Source of the DNA: Acholeplasma brassicae
Lineage (GTDB): Bacteria; Bacillota_I; Bacilli_A; Acholeplasmatales; UBA5453
Length of the DNA stretch: 24,000 nucleotides
Direction of reading: 5' to 3'
NCBI RefSeq assembly: GCF_000967915.1
Contig: NC_022549.1
Location: 708,366-732,365 of the forward strand
Positions 1 to 7,604 of the stretch are shown here, piece by piece. A program made the position numbers and the translations under genes. Every line of letters begins with the position of its first letter. The stretch's first letter is position 1. Under the pieces are notes generated by a model. It saw nothing but the letters and a program-made list of their open reading frames with translations, searched no databases and was not told the origin of the DNA.

Positions 1-1910
1 AACGCTACGATGCATTTCGTAACAAACCAATGTCTGACCGTTCTAACTATGATGAGTTTAAAGCCACCATGGTTTCAAATGAAGCTAGAAAAGAACTCTT
101 TGGCAGTGACGTCGTCATTGATCACACACGTAAATACGAAGATGAACGTAAAAAAGAAACACAAATAGAGATACCATTTCAAAAGACCAAACAAGAACCA
201 GAGAATTTTGTTGATCAATATCGAAATGAGCCAGTCGTTGTGATGCCTAAAATAAGCTCTACGGATTTTAATTTAGAAAAAGAAGAGGTAATTCAAAAAC
301 CAACCATCGAAACAGCCAAAAAGACAGATTTGGTGTTTGAACGACGATTTAAACCCGAAGAAGTCCAAACCAGTGAGCAAACAAACATCAAAGAACCGGT
401 TGAGAAAAAGCCATTTCAAGCACATAAAGAAGAACCTAAGTTTACTAAACCAGAAACATTTGTTAATCAGCAGGTACAAAAGAAAGTCGTTTCAAAACCG
501 ACCTATCGCTTTCCAAATCCGCAGATGTTTTCTAAAATCACGCGTGATCAAAATGCAAGACCTGATTGGTTAGTCACACAAGAAGCTGTCGTCAACCAAA
601 CACTCGATTTGTTTGGTGTGCCAGGTAAAGTACATAACATCACAAAAGGACCAACCGTCACACGACACGAAGTCGAATTAGAGCCTGGTGTCAATGTCAA
701 AGAAATGACGCGAATTAAAGATAACCTGATGATGAATTTGGCTGCTAAAACGCTACGCATTGAAGCGCCAATTCCAGGCAAGAGTTTTGTCGGGATTGAG
801 ATACCAAATACCGTGCCAGAAATCGTTGCTTTCGGTAACGTTATTGACGATGAATCATTCTTAAACGATACTGACCATCCTCTAAAAGTTGCACTTGGTG
901 TGGACATTGATGGTAATAACATTTACGCAGACATTCAAAAAATGCCGCACGGGTTGATTGCTGGTGCGACCAATAGTGGTAAGAGCGTCTGTGTGAATAC
1001 AATCATCGTGAGTTTATTGTTAAAGAATCACCCTGACGATTTAAAGTTTATATTAATTGACCCTAAAATGGTTGAGCTTAGCATTTATGATGAACTGCCT
1101 CATTTATTGACGCCGGTAATCACAGATCCTAAAATGGCCGCAACTGCGCTTTCTTGGGCGGTTGAAGAAATGGATAAACGGTTTGTTAAGTTTGCAGCAA
1201 ACCGCGCGAAAGACTTAAACAGTTATAACCAAAAAGCGATTGAAAATCCATCAATTGAAAAAATGCCATACATCATCATCATCATAGATGAACTTGCTGA
1301 CTTAATGATGGTTTCAGCAAACGACGTTGAAGACGCGATTCAGCGCTTAACCCAAAAAGCCAGAGCCGCAGGCATCCATCTGTTAGTGGCCACACAACGT
1401 CCAACAACCGACGTGGTCAAAGGCACAATTAAAGCCAACATTCCAACGAGAATTGCATTTAAAGTGGCGTCTTTTACAGACTCAACGACAATACTTGATG
1501 GGGCAGGGGCAGAGCAGTTACTCGGTCGTGGGGATATGCTTTATAAAACGGCAGAGAGACCACTTCGTTTACAAGGCGCTTATTTAAAAGATAGCGAAAT
1601 CGAACGAGTGACTGATTTTATCCGTGAACAATTGCCGCCAAATTATGTGTTCGATCATGAATCATTAAAATCTTTCTCAATTAGTAAAGAAAAAATGGAA
1701 TCCGACGAATTATTAATGGACGTTGCACGCTTTGTTGTTAGTGAACAAAAAGCATCCATCAACGCCATCCAACAAAATTTTAACGTGGGATTTAACCGAG
1801 CACAACGATTAATGGAAATGCTTGAAAATAGCAATATTGTATCTAAAGGCGAAGGTAACAAACCAAGAGAAGTATTGGCATCGCTACAAGAATTGGAAAA
1901 TCTAATATGA
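1..1910 (+). CDS. ftsK: DNA translocase FtsK/SpoIIIE, 5'-partial (N-terminus off-window)
   Basis: The reading frame is open to the window edge, with no in-frame stop before the ATG at 30. The visible N-terminus is a K/E/P/Q-rich linker with no membrane domain. Motor domain has Walker A GATNSGKS and Walker B IIIIIDELADL. C-terminal winged-helix gamma domain (ASINAIQQNFNVGFNRAQRLMEMLE). Confidence 0.93.
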   Translation, partial: RYDAFRNKPMSDRSNYDEFKATMVSNEARKELFGSDVVIDHTRKYEDERKKETQIEIPFQKTKQEPENFVDQYRNEPVVVMPKISSTDFNLEKEEVIQKPTIETAKKTDLVFERRFKPEEVQTSEQTNIKEPVEKKPFQAHKEEPKFTKPETFVNQQVQKKVVSKPTYRFPNPQMFSKITRDQNARPDWLVTQEAVVNQTLDLFGVPGKVHNITKGPTVTRHEVELEPGVNVKEMTRIKDNLMMNLAAKTLRIEAPIPGKSFVGIEIPNTVPEIVAFGNVIDDESFLNDTDHPLKVALGVDIDGNNIYADIQKMPHGLIAGATNSGKSVCVNTIIVSLLLKNHPDDLKFILIDPKMVELSIYDELPHLLTPVITDPKMAATALSWAVEEMDKRFVKFAANRAKDLNSYNQKAIENPSIEKMPYIIIIIDELADLMMVSANDVEDAIQRLTQKARAAGIHLLVATQRPTTDVVKGTIKANIPTRIAFKVASFTDSTTILDGAGAEQLLGRGDMLYKTAERPLRLQGAYLKDSEIERVTDFIREQLPPNYVFDHESLKSFSISKEKMESDELLMDVARFVVSEQKASINAIQQNFNVGFNRAQRLMEMLENSNIVSKGEGNKPREVLASLQELENLI

Positions 1911-2710
1911 AATTAAAAAATGCATTAGAAGAATTAAAATTAAATGAAACCGAACAAGAAAGTGAAGCGATTAATGTCGTTTCTAAGACCATTGATAAAA
2001 AACTACGTCAACTATTAGTCTATTTAATTTTTGTCAGTGTCTTAACACTGTTATTTACGGTACTTGGATTTGGTTCATTTACCGATCAAAAATATAAAGT
2101 ACTAATCATCATTACAAGCGCACTACTTTCATTAATCGTCGCTTACTATTTGCCATCTAAAGAGGCTTTAGTAACTAAAGAGAGCACACTAAGTCGGTTT
2201 AAGCGAATCGATTTAATCCATTTCTTTTTATTATCAACCTATTTTGTGTTTATTCTAATATCGTTTGTTGTTCGAACAGCGGTAGTTGAAGGCACATCCA
2301 TGGAAACAACGCTTTTTGGTGGGGATAAAATCATCGCATACCACATGAATTATTCACCTAAACGAGACGACGTTGTGATTGTCGATATGAAAGAACATAA
2401 TTTCGAACAAATTTATTACGTTAAACGACTCATTGGGCTGCCAGGTGATAAAATACAGTTCGATCGTTTAAATGGGAAATTATACATAAACGATGAGCTC
2501 AAACAAGACGTACCACCAGAGTATCGAGAGTCACTTGCACAAACCCTAAACGGACTTTCGAATGACTTGATACCTAAAGGGTCTTATTTCATTCTAGGTG
2601 ACAATATTCAAACCTCGCTTGACTCAAGACGAATCGGTTTTATCAAAGAAGAACAATTGGTTGGAAAAGTATTGCTACGCTTTTCTCCCAAATTTGAGGT
2701 GATTTCATGA
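1907..2710 (+). CDS. lepB: Signal peptidase I (S26 family) with extended multi-TM N-terminus
   Basis: Catalytic Ser box VEGTSMETTL, catalytic Lys box YVKRLIGLPGD, and GDNIQTSLDSRRIGFI box. ATGA start/stop overlap with ftsK. Three hydrophobic segments precede the catalytic domain. Confidence 0.9.
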   Translation: MKLKNALEELKLNETEQESEAINVVSKTIDKKLRQLLVYLIFVSVLTLLFTVLGFGSFTDQKYKVLIIITSALLSLIVAYYLPSKEALVTKESTLSRFKRIDLIHFFLLSTYFVFILISFVVRTAVVEGTSMETTLFGGDKIIAYHMNYSPKRDDVVIVDMKEHNFEQIYYVKRLIGLPGDKIQFDRLNGKLYINDELKQDVPPEYRESLAQTLNGLSNDLIPKGSYFILGDNIQTSLDSRRIGFIKEEQLVGKVLLRFSPKFEVIS

Positions 2711-3558
2711 AGCAAGTACAATGGTTCCCTGGACATATGTCTAAAGCCTTAAGAGAAATAAAAGAGAATTTAAAAAAAGTCGACATCGTATTTATCTTAC
2801 TTGATGCAAGATTACCTGAGTCATCGATGAATCCAAAAATTAAAGAGATTATAGGAAATAAACCGGCATTAATATTGTTTAATAAATCGAGCTTAGCCGA
2901 TCAATCTGAACTCGATAAGTGGTTGAACTTCTATCAAAAAGAAGGCTTCAGTTCACTGAAAATTGATGCAATTACCGGAAAAAATATCCGTAAAATAAAA
3001 CCTTTATCGGATGAGATATTAAAACCACTACTTGAAAAAGAAAAAAAACGCGGCATGCAAAGAAGAGCCATTCGGACAATGATTATTGGTATTCCTAACG
3101 TAGGGAAATCGACGCTAATTAACACATTATCTCGTAAGAAAGCAACAAGAACAGGTAATACCCCTGGAGTTACTAAAGCCCAACAATGGGTTAAAATTTC
3201 AGAGGATTTTGAATTACTCGATACCCCAGGTGTGTTATGGCCAAAGTTTGAAGACGAGAAAGTTGGTTATCACTTAGCACTTTCTGGCGCGATTAAAGAT
3301 ACCATTTTACCAAATGAAGAAATTGCATTTTATGCCCATCATTTCCTAAAAACCTACTACAAAGAAGAACTCAAGAAACGTTACCAATTAAATGAGGTCT
3401 TAGAACCCATCGACACGTTTAGCGAAATTGGTCGAAAACGTGGTGCGTTAATTAAGGGTAACGAAGTGAACTATGACACAGTTTATGAGTTATTACTAAA
3501 AGACCTGCGTGATGGTAACTTAGGAGGAATTACATTTGACCGATATCAATCTTTATGA
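2707..3558 (+). CDS. rbgA: Ribosome biogenesis GTPase A (YlqF/RbgA, circularly permuted GTPase)
   Basis: N-terminal QWFPGHMSKA signature. Permuted motif order: G4-like NKSS, then G1 GIPNVGKST, then G3 DTPG. ATGA overlap with lepB. Conserved rbgA-rnhB adjacency. Confidence 0.93.
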   Translation: MKQVQWFPGHMSKALREIKENLKKVDIVFILLDARLPESSMNPKIKEIIGNKPALILFNKSSLADQSELDKWLNFYQKEGFSSLKIDAITGKNIRKIKPLSDEILKPLLEKEKKRGMQRRAIRTMIIGIPNVGKSTLINTLSRKKATRTGNTPGVTKAQQWVKISEDFELLDTPGVLWPKFEDEKVGYHLALSGAIKDTILPNEEIAFYAHHFLKTYYKEELKKRYQLNEVLEPIDTFSEIGRKRGALIKGNEVNYDTVYELLLKDLRDGNLGGITFDRYQSL

Positions 3559-4162
3559 ATTTGAAGACAAATTGAATAGCCACGGTTTCAATTTTGTTTG
3601 TGGCACAGATGAAGCAGGCAGAGGACCGCTTGCAGGTCCTGTGGTCGCTTGTGCAATCATCTTAAAAAAAGGTGCAAAACTACCTGGTGTGGATGACTCA
3701 AAAAAGCTAAGCGAAAAAAAACGAAATGCGCTCATCGGTTTGATTAAAGAACAAGCCCTTGCCATCAGTATTTCAATGGTTTCACCACAAGAAATTGACC
3801 AAGTTAATATCTATCGCTCGGCTAAAAATGCAATGATTTCAGCCATTAAAGGACTAAAGATAAAACCGGATTACGTCCTTGCTGATGCAATGATGCTTGA
3901 AGAAGAAATAGGGATTCCTACTGAATCACTGATTAAAGGCGATCAACGATCGATTAGCATCGCTGCGGCATCAATCATTGCTAAGGTAACTAGAGATCAA
4001 TACATGAAAGAAATGGATGAACTCTTTCCACAATACGGATTTCAAAAACACAAAGGATACCCAACGAAAGCCCACGTTGAAGCCATCAAAGAACATGGCA
4101 TTTGTCCGATTCACAGAAAAACATTTGAACCGATAAAGTCCATGCTTGGAGGCTTAAAGTGA
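3536..4162 (+). CDS. rnhB: Ribonuclease HII
   Basis: GTDEAGRGPLAGPVV and DDSKKLS active-site motifs. TTG start 8 nt after AGGAGG (3522-3527). Overlaps the rbgA 3' end by 23 nt. Confidence 0.92.
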   Translation: MTDINLYEFEDKLNSHGFNFVCGTDEAGRGPLAGPVVACAIILKKGAKLPGVDDSKKLSEKKRNALIGLIKEQALAISISMVSPQEIDQVNIYRSAKNAMISAIKGLKIKPDYVLADAMMLEEEIGIPTESLIKGDQRSISIAAASIIAKVTRDQYMKEMDELFPQYGFQKHKGYPTKAHVEAIKEHGICPIHRKTFEPIKSMLGGLK

Positions 4163-5220
4163 TCAAGAAAACCATCAAAATCCTAATCAGTTTTCTCTTG
4201 ATCACATTAATATCAATCGTGTTGTTGGATATTCTTCCTATTTCTCGCACCTACGACAAAGACAATACGTTCATCAGAAAAAATGAACGGCCACTCATTA
4301 TACCGCATGGTGGGGCCAAAGCACTTTACCCTGAAAATACGTTACATGCATTTAAAAATACGGATCAATACGACATGTTTGAAATTGATTTAACGCTAAC
4401 CAAAGATTTAGTATTGATTGCCCATCACGATTTAGACTTAAGACATGATTTAAATCGTTCTTTGTTTCAACCTGACCTACTAATCAAAAATCTAACCTAT
4501 CAAGAAATTGTGTCGATAATCAAAGATAACAACTACCCTTATGTTCGATCGTTTGTTAACATTGATGGACAAAAACCTTATGAAAATGAAATGGACCAAT
4601 CAATTCTTGACGAGCTGATTCCAGTCAAACTTGAAACGATTTTTTCACTTTATCCGAACAAATACTATATTTTAGAAATCAAAGACTTACAAGATGAAAC
4701 CACGCAGTTTGAAAAAGCTGTTGAGGCCTTGATGACGTTAATTACTAACTATGACATGAAAGATAACGTCATTGTCTCATCCTTTGATGATGAAGTAATC
4801 AAAGCATTTAAACGGTTGTCGAATAACGAAATTACAACCTCAACCGCCTCAAAAGAAACAATGAACTTTGTATTGTTTAGTGCATTTAGTCTAGACTTCT
4901 TTTATAAACCGACCGATGCCTTGCTAATCATACCCTTTGAAGATCAAGTCAGTGATTCACAAGTCAGTCTATTAAAGAAATTGCCAGGTTTTATTCGAAG
5001 TAAAATTGTTCGATACGATGAGGTTGAAGAACGATATTTAACCAATATTGCACAAAAGTCTCTCATCGAGGATGCAAGAGAAAAGAACTTAGCGGTCATT
5101 TTTTGGACAGTCAATGAAAAAGAAGATATGAGGTACCTCGTAGAGCTTGGTGTCGATGGCATCATCACGGATCGACCAGACTTATTAGAAGAAGTACTTA
5201 ATGAATATGAATTCAATTAA
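4159..5220 (+). CDS. Membrane-anchored glycerophosphodiester phosphodiesterase family protein
   Basis: N-terminal TM helix (ILISFLLITLISIVLLDILPI). GDPD motifs PHGGAKALYPENTLHAF, FEIDLTLTKDLVLIAHHD, WTVN and GVDGIITDRPDL. GTG start overlaps the rnhB stop (GTGA). Confidence 0.82.
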   Translation: MIKKTIKILISFLLITLISIVLLDILPISRTYDKDNTFIRKNERPLIIPHGGAKALYPENTLHAFKNTDQYDMFEIDLTLTKDLVLIAHHDLDLRHDLNRSLFQPDLLIKNLTYQEIVSIIKDNNYPYVRSFVNIDGQKPYENEMDQSILDELIPVKLETIFSLYPNKYYILEIKDLQDETTQFEKAVEALMTLITNYDMKDNVIVSSFDDEVIKAFKRLSNNEITTSTASKETMNFVLFSAFSLDFFYKPTDALLIIPFEDQVSDSQVSLLKKLPGFIRSKIVRYDEVEERYLTNIAQKSLIEDAREKNLAVIFWTVNEKEDMRYLVELGVDGIITDRPDLLEEVLNEYEFN

Positions 5221-5222
5221 TC

Positions 5223-5257
5223 GAAATCGCCTGTTTACTCTAGGCGATTTCTTTTTA
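5223..5257 (+). terminator. Rho-independent terminator of the ftsK-GDPD operon
   Basis: Perfect 9-bp stem gaaatcgcc (5223-5231) / ggcgatttc (5243-5251), an 11-nt loop, then TTTTT. Confidence 0.85.
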
Positions 5258-5344
5258 GAGTAAAAGAGGCGTTTCTAAGATAAATATAGTAATGGACAAA
5301 AAAAGATATATATAATATATAGAAAGAAACGCATTGTTTTTGGC

Positions 5345-5373
5345 TTGACACAAGAAAATTTCAACTATATAAT
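5345..5373 (+). promoter_or_regulatory. Consensus sigma-A promoter for topA
   Basis: TTGACA (5345-5350), a 17-bp spacer, then TATAAT (5368-5373). It lies 25 nt upstream of the topA ATG. Confidence 0.8.
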
Positions 5374-5398
5374 ATACAAATGCGAAAGAAGTGATTAA

Positions 5399-7216
5399 AT
5401 GAAAACAGTAATAATAGTAGAATCACCATCAAAATCAAAGACCATCGCTAACTACGTCGGTAACGATACCGTCGTTTTAGCAACCGTTGGTCATATCAGA
5501 GAATTAGCTACCTCAGGTACCTATGGTTTGGGTATAGATCTTGCAAATGATTTTAAACCTAATTATAAAGTATCTAAAGGCAAGGAAAAAGTAATCAAAG
5601 AATTAATCAAGCAAACTCAAAAGAGTAACGTCTTGATTGCAACCGACCCGGACCGTGAAGGTGAAGCAATCGCGTGGCACGTCGCAGACATTTTGAATTT
5701 AGACTTGGATCAAGATAACCGTATCACCTTTAACGAAGTAACAAAAGAGGCGGTTTTAAAGGCAGTAAGCGAGCCAAGAAAGATTGATCGCGACCTAGTC
5801 CATTCTCAAGAAGCAAGACGCATCTTAGACCGAATTATTGGTTTTAGACTTTCCAAGCTTTTACAACAAAAAATAGGTTCTAAATCCGCAGGGCGTGTTC
5901 AAAGCGTTGCCCTTAAAATGATCGTAGACCTAGAAAAAGAAATTCTTGCCTTTGTGCCACAAGAATATCACTTACTACATGCGAACTTTGATACGTTTAT
6001 CGCTGACTACTCACAAAATTCGAGTAAGTCAGTCAAAACGGAAATTGAAGCTCAAGCAATCATTAATAAGCTTCAAGGGCCATTTAGAGTAAAAGACATA
6101 CAAACCAAAAAACTCACACGCGCCTCGAACCCAGCCTACGTTACCTCGACACTACAACAAGACGGGATTAATAAACTTGGCTACAGTGGGTCACGTGTGA
6201 TGGGTATTGCACAAGGCCTGTATGAAGGTAAAGAAATCAAAGACGAAACCGTTGGTTTGATTACCTACATGAGAACAGACTCAACAAGACTATCGGATGA
6301 GTTTATCAAAGATGCATTCGGTGAAATCGCACGTTTGTATGGTAAAGAATACATTGGTAAACCAAAAGTTGGTAAGAAAAAAGCAAATCAACAAGACGCT
6401 CATGAAGCGATCAGACCAACCTCAATTAAACGCACACCAGAATTAATGAAACCGTATTTAACCGATCAAGAGTATAAAGTGTATAAACTGATTTATGAAC
6501 GAGCACTCTTCTCGCTAATGGCGGATGCGATTTATGAAGTGACGTCGGTTGAGCTAGAAAATCACGATGAAATATTCAAAGCGTCGGCATCAAAACTTGT
6601 CTTTGAAGGTCATCACAAGGCGAACAAAAACTATGAACCGGCCAAACAAACCCTACCAAAACTGGCCATTGGTGATGAATTAAATGCAACTGAAATCACT
6701 TCAGTTCAACAATTTACCAAACCAAAATCAAGGTATACAGAAGCAAGCCTAATTAAAGATTTAGAAGAACTCGGTGTTGGACGACCTTCAACTTACGCGG
6801 AAATCAATAAAACACTATTGGCACGCCAATACGTTGAAAAAACAAAAGGATCACTCATTCCGACAGAACAAGGCATCATTACATCCGAGGCACTTGATAA
6901 ATATTTCTCGTCAATTATTAACACAGAATATACGCAATTCATGGAAAATGAGTTAGATGAAATCTCGGTAGGGAAAAAAGTTTGGAACGTTGAATTAATG
7001 GACTTTTACAAACGTTTTGAGCCAATATTAGAAGAAGCATTTAAAGATATGGTTAAACTGCCACCAAAAGAAGTCGGCGAACTTTGTCCAAATTGTTTTC
7101 GATCACTGGTCATTAGAAACAATAAAAAAGGCCAAGCATTCATTGCATGTTCCGGGTTTACTCAAAAACCACAATGTACTTACACAAGAAGCATTGAAGA
7201 AAAGAAACCAGAATAA
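5399..7216 (+). CDS. topA: DNA topoisomerase I (type IA), short form with a single C-terminal zinc ribbon
   Basis: TOPRIM N-terminus VIIVESPSKSKTI and DPDREGEAIAWH. Active-site Tyr context ITYMRTDS. C-terminal CPNC...CSG...C zinc ribbon. Confidence 0.95.
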   Translation: MKTVIIVESPSKSKTIANYVGNDTVVLATVGHIRELATSGTYGLGIDLANDFKPNYKVSKGKEKVIKELIKQTQKSNVLIATDPDREGEAIAWHVADILNLDLDQDNRITFNEVTKEAVLKAVSEPRKIDRDLVHSQEARRILDRIIGFRLSKLLQQKIGSKSAGRVQSVALKMIVDLEKEILAFVPQEYHLLHANFDTFIADYSQNSSKSVKTEIEAQAIINKLQGPFRVKDIQTKKLTRASNPAYVTSTLQQDGINKLGYSGSRVMGIAQGLYEGKEIKDETVGLITYMRTDSTRLSDEFIKDAFGEIARLYGKEYIGKPKVGKKKANQQDAHEAIRPTSIKRTPELMKPYLTDQEYKVYKLIYERALFSLMADAIYEVTSVELENHDEIFKASASKLVFEGHHKANKNYEPAKQTLPKLAIGDELNATEITSVQQFTKPKSRYTEASLIKDLEELGVGRPSTYAEINKTLLARQYVEKTKGSLIPTEQGIITSEALDKYFSSIINTEYTQFMENELDEISVGKKVWNVELMDFYKRFEPILEEAFKDMVKLPPKEVGELCPNCFRSLVIRNNKKGQAFIACSGFTQKPQCTYTRSIEEKKPE

Positions 7217-7222
7217 ACTAGG

Positions 7223-7251
7223 AAAATCAGCTAAAAACAGCTGATTTTTTT
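7223..7251 (+). terminator. Rho-independent terminator of topA
   Basis: Stem atcagct (7226-7232) / agctgat (7239-7245), a 6-nt loop, and a T-tract running to 7251. Confidence 0.8.
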
Positions 7252-7311
7252 AATACATGGCACCTCAAAAAATGCCTCAACTTTAGAAAACTAAAAAACA
7301 CGATAAAACGC

Positions 7312-7340
7312 TTTACAAACGCTTACAAACGTGATAATAT
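7312..7340 (+). promoter_or_regulatory. Putative promoter of the orphan intergenic transcript
   Basis: -35 TTTACA (7312-7317), a 17-bp spacer, then extended -10 TGaTAATAT (7332-7340). The -35 is part of a tandem repeat TTACAAACG x2 (7313-7321 and 7323-7331). Confidence 0.5.
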
Positions 7341-7346
7341 AATAAT

Positions 7347-7452
7347 GCATCCGACAAAGGGTGCTACTTATCCCCTATTAAGTGTGAACTGATAACTCAC
7401 ACAATCCCCTTAATTATCCCCCGACTTTTACCCTCGGGGGAGATTTTTTTTT
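7347..7452 (+). ncRNA. Candidate C-rich small RNA (RsaE/RoxS-like architecture), about 106 nt
   Basis: No SD-led ORF. Hairpin 1 at 7347-7364 (gcatcc/gggtgc). Hairpin 2 at 7382-7402 (gtgtga/tcacac). Terminator stem tcccccga (7417-7424) / tcggggga (7434-7441) followed by T9 (7444-7452). Three AUCCCC motifs at 7370-7375, 7404-7409 and 7416-7422, plus ACCC in the terminator loop. Confidence 0.55.
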
Positions 7453-7604
7453 ATTTAAGCTAAATTTAACAAGTCGACGTTTGATCAAATACAGTTCAAC
7501 CAAATAAACTAAGTGCGTATCGTTTTTTATTTTAGCTGTAATTACATATAATAGTTTTGGAGGCATACTCAAAAAAAAACAAAAATGAGTATGAATAAAA
7601 ATCT

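Noticed and set aside
2708-2710. Possibility of the Mycoplasma/Spiroplasma genetic code (TGA = Trp)
   Set aside because: TGA terminates lepB, rbgA, rnhB, mutM and the response regulator at family-typical lengths. Trp is encoded by TGG throughout, so the standard bacterial code applies.
5269-5332. An 8-bp inverted repeat, gcgtttct/agaaacgc, flanks an AT-rich stretch upstream of the topA promoter
   Set aside because: The 48-nt loop makes a stable hairpin or terminator unlikely. It sits between a strong terminator and a consensus promoter, with nothing else to indicate a function. It could still be a protein-binding site.
7453-7546. Palindromes (gtcgac, ttgatcaa) and the distant inverted repeat agctaaa/tttagct between the sRNA terminator and the tpx promoter
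   Set aside because: These are short palindromes of the size expected by chance in AT-rich DNA, and I could not fold them into a coherent structure or identify an ORF.
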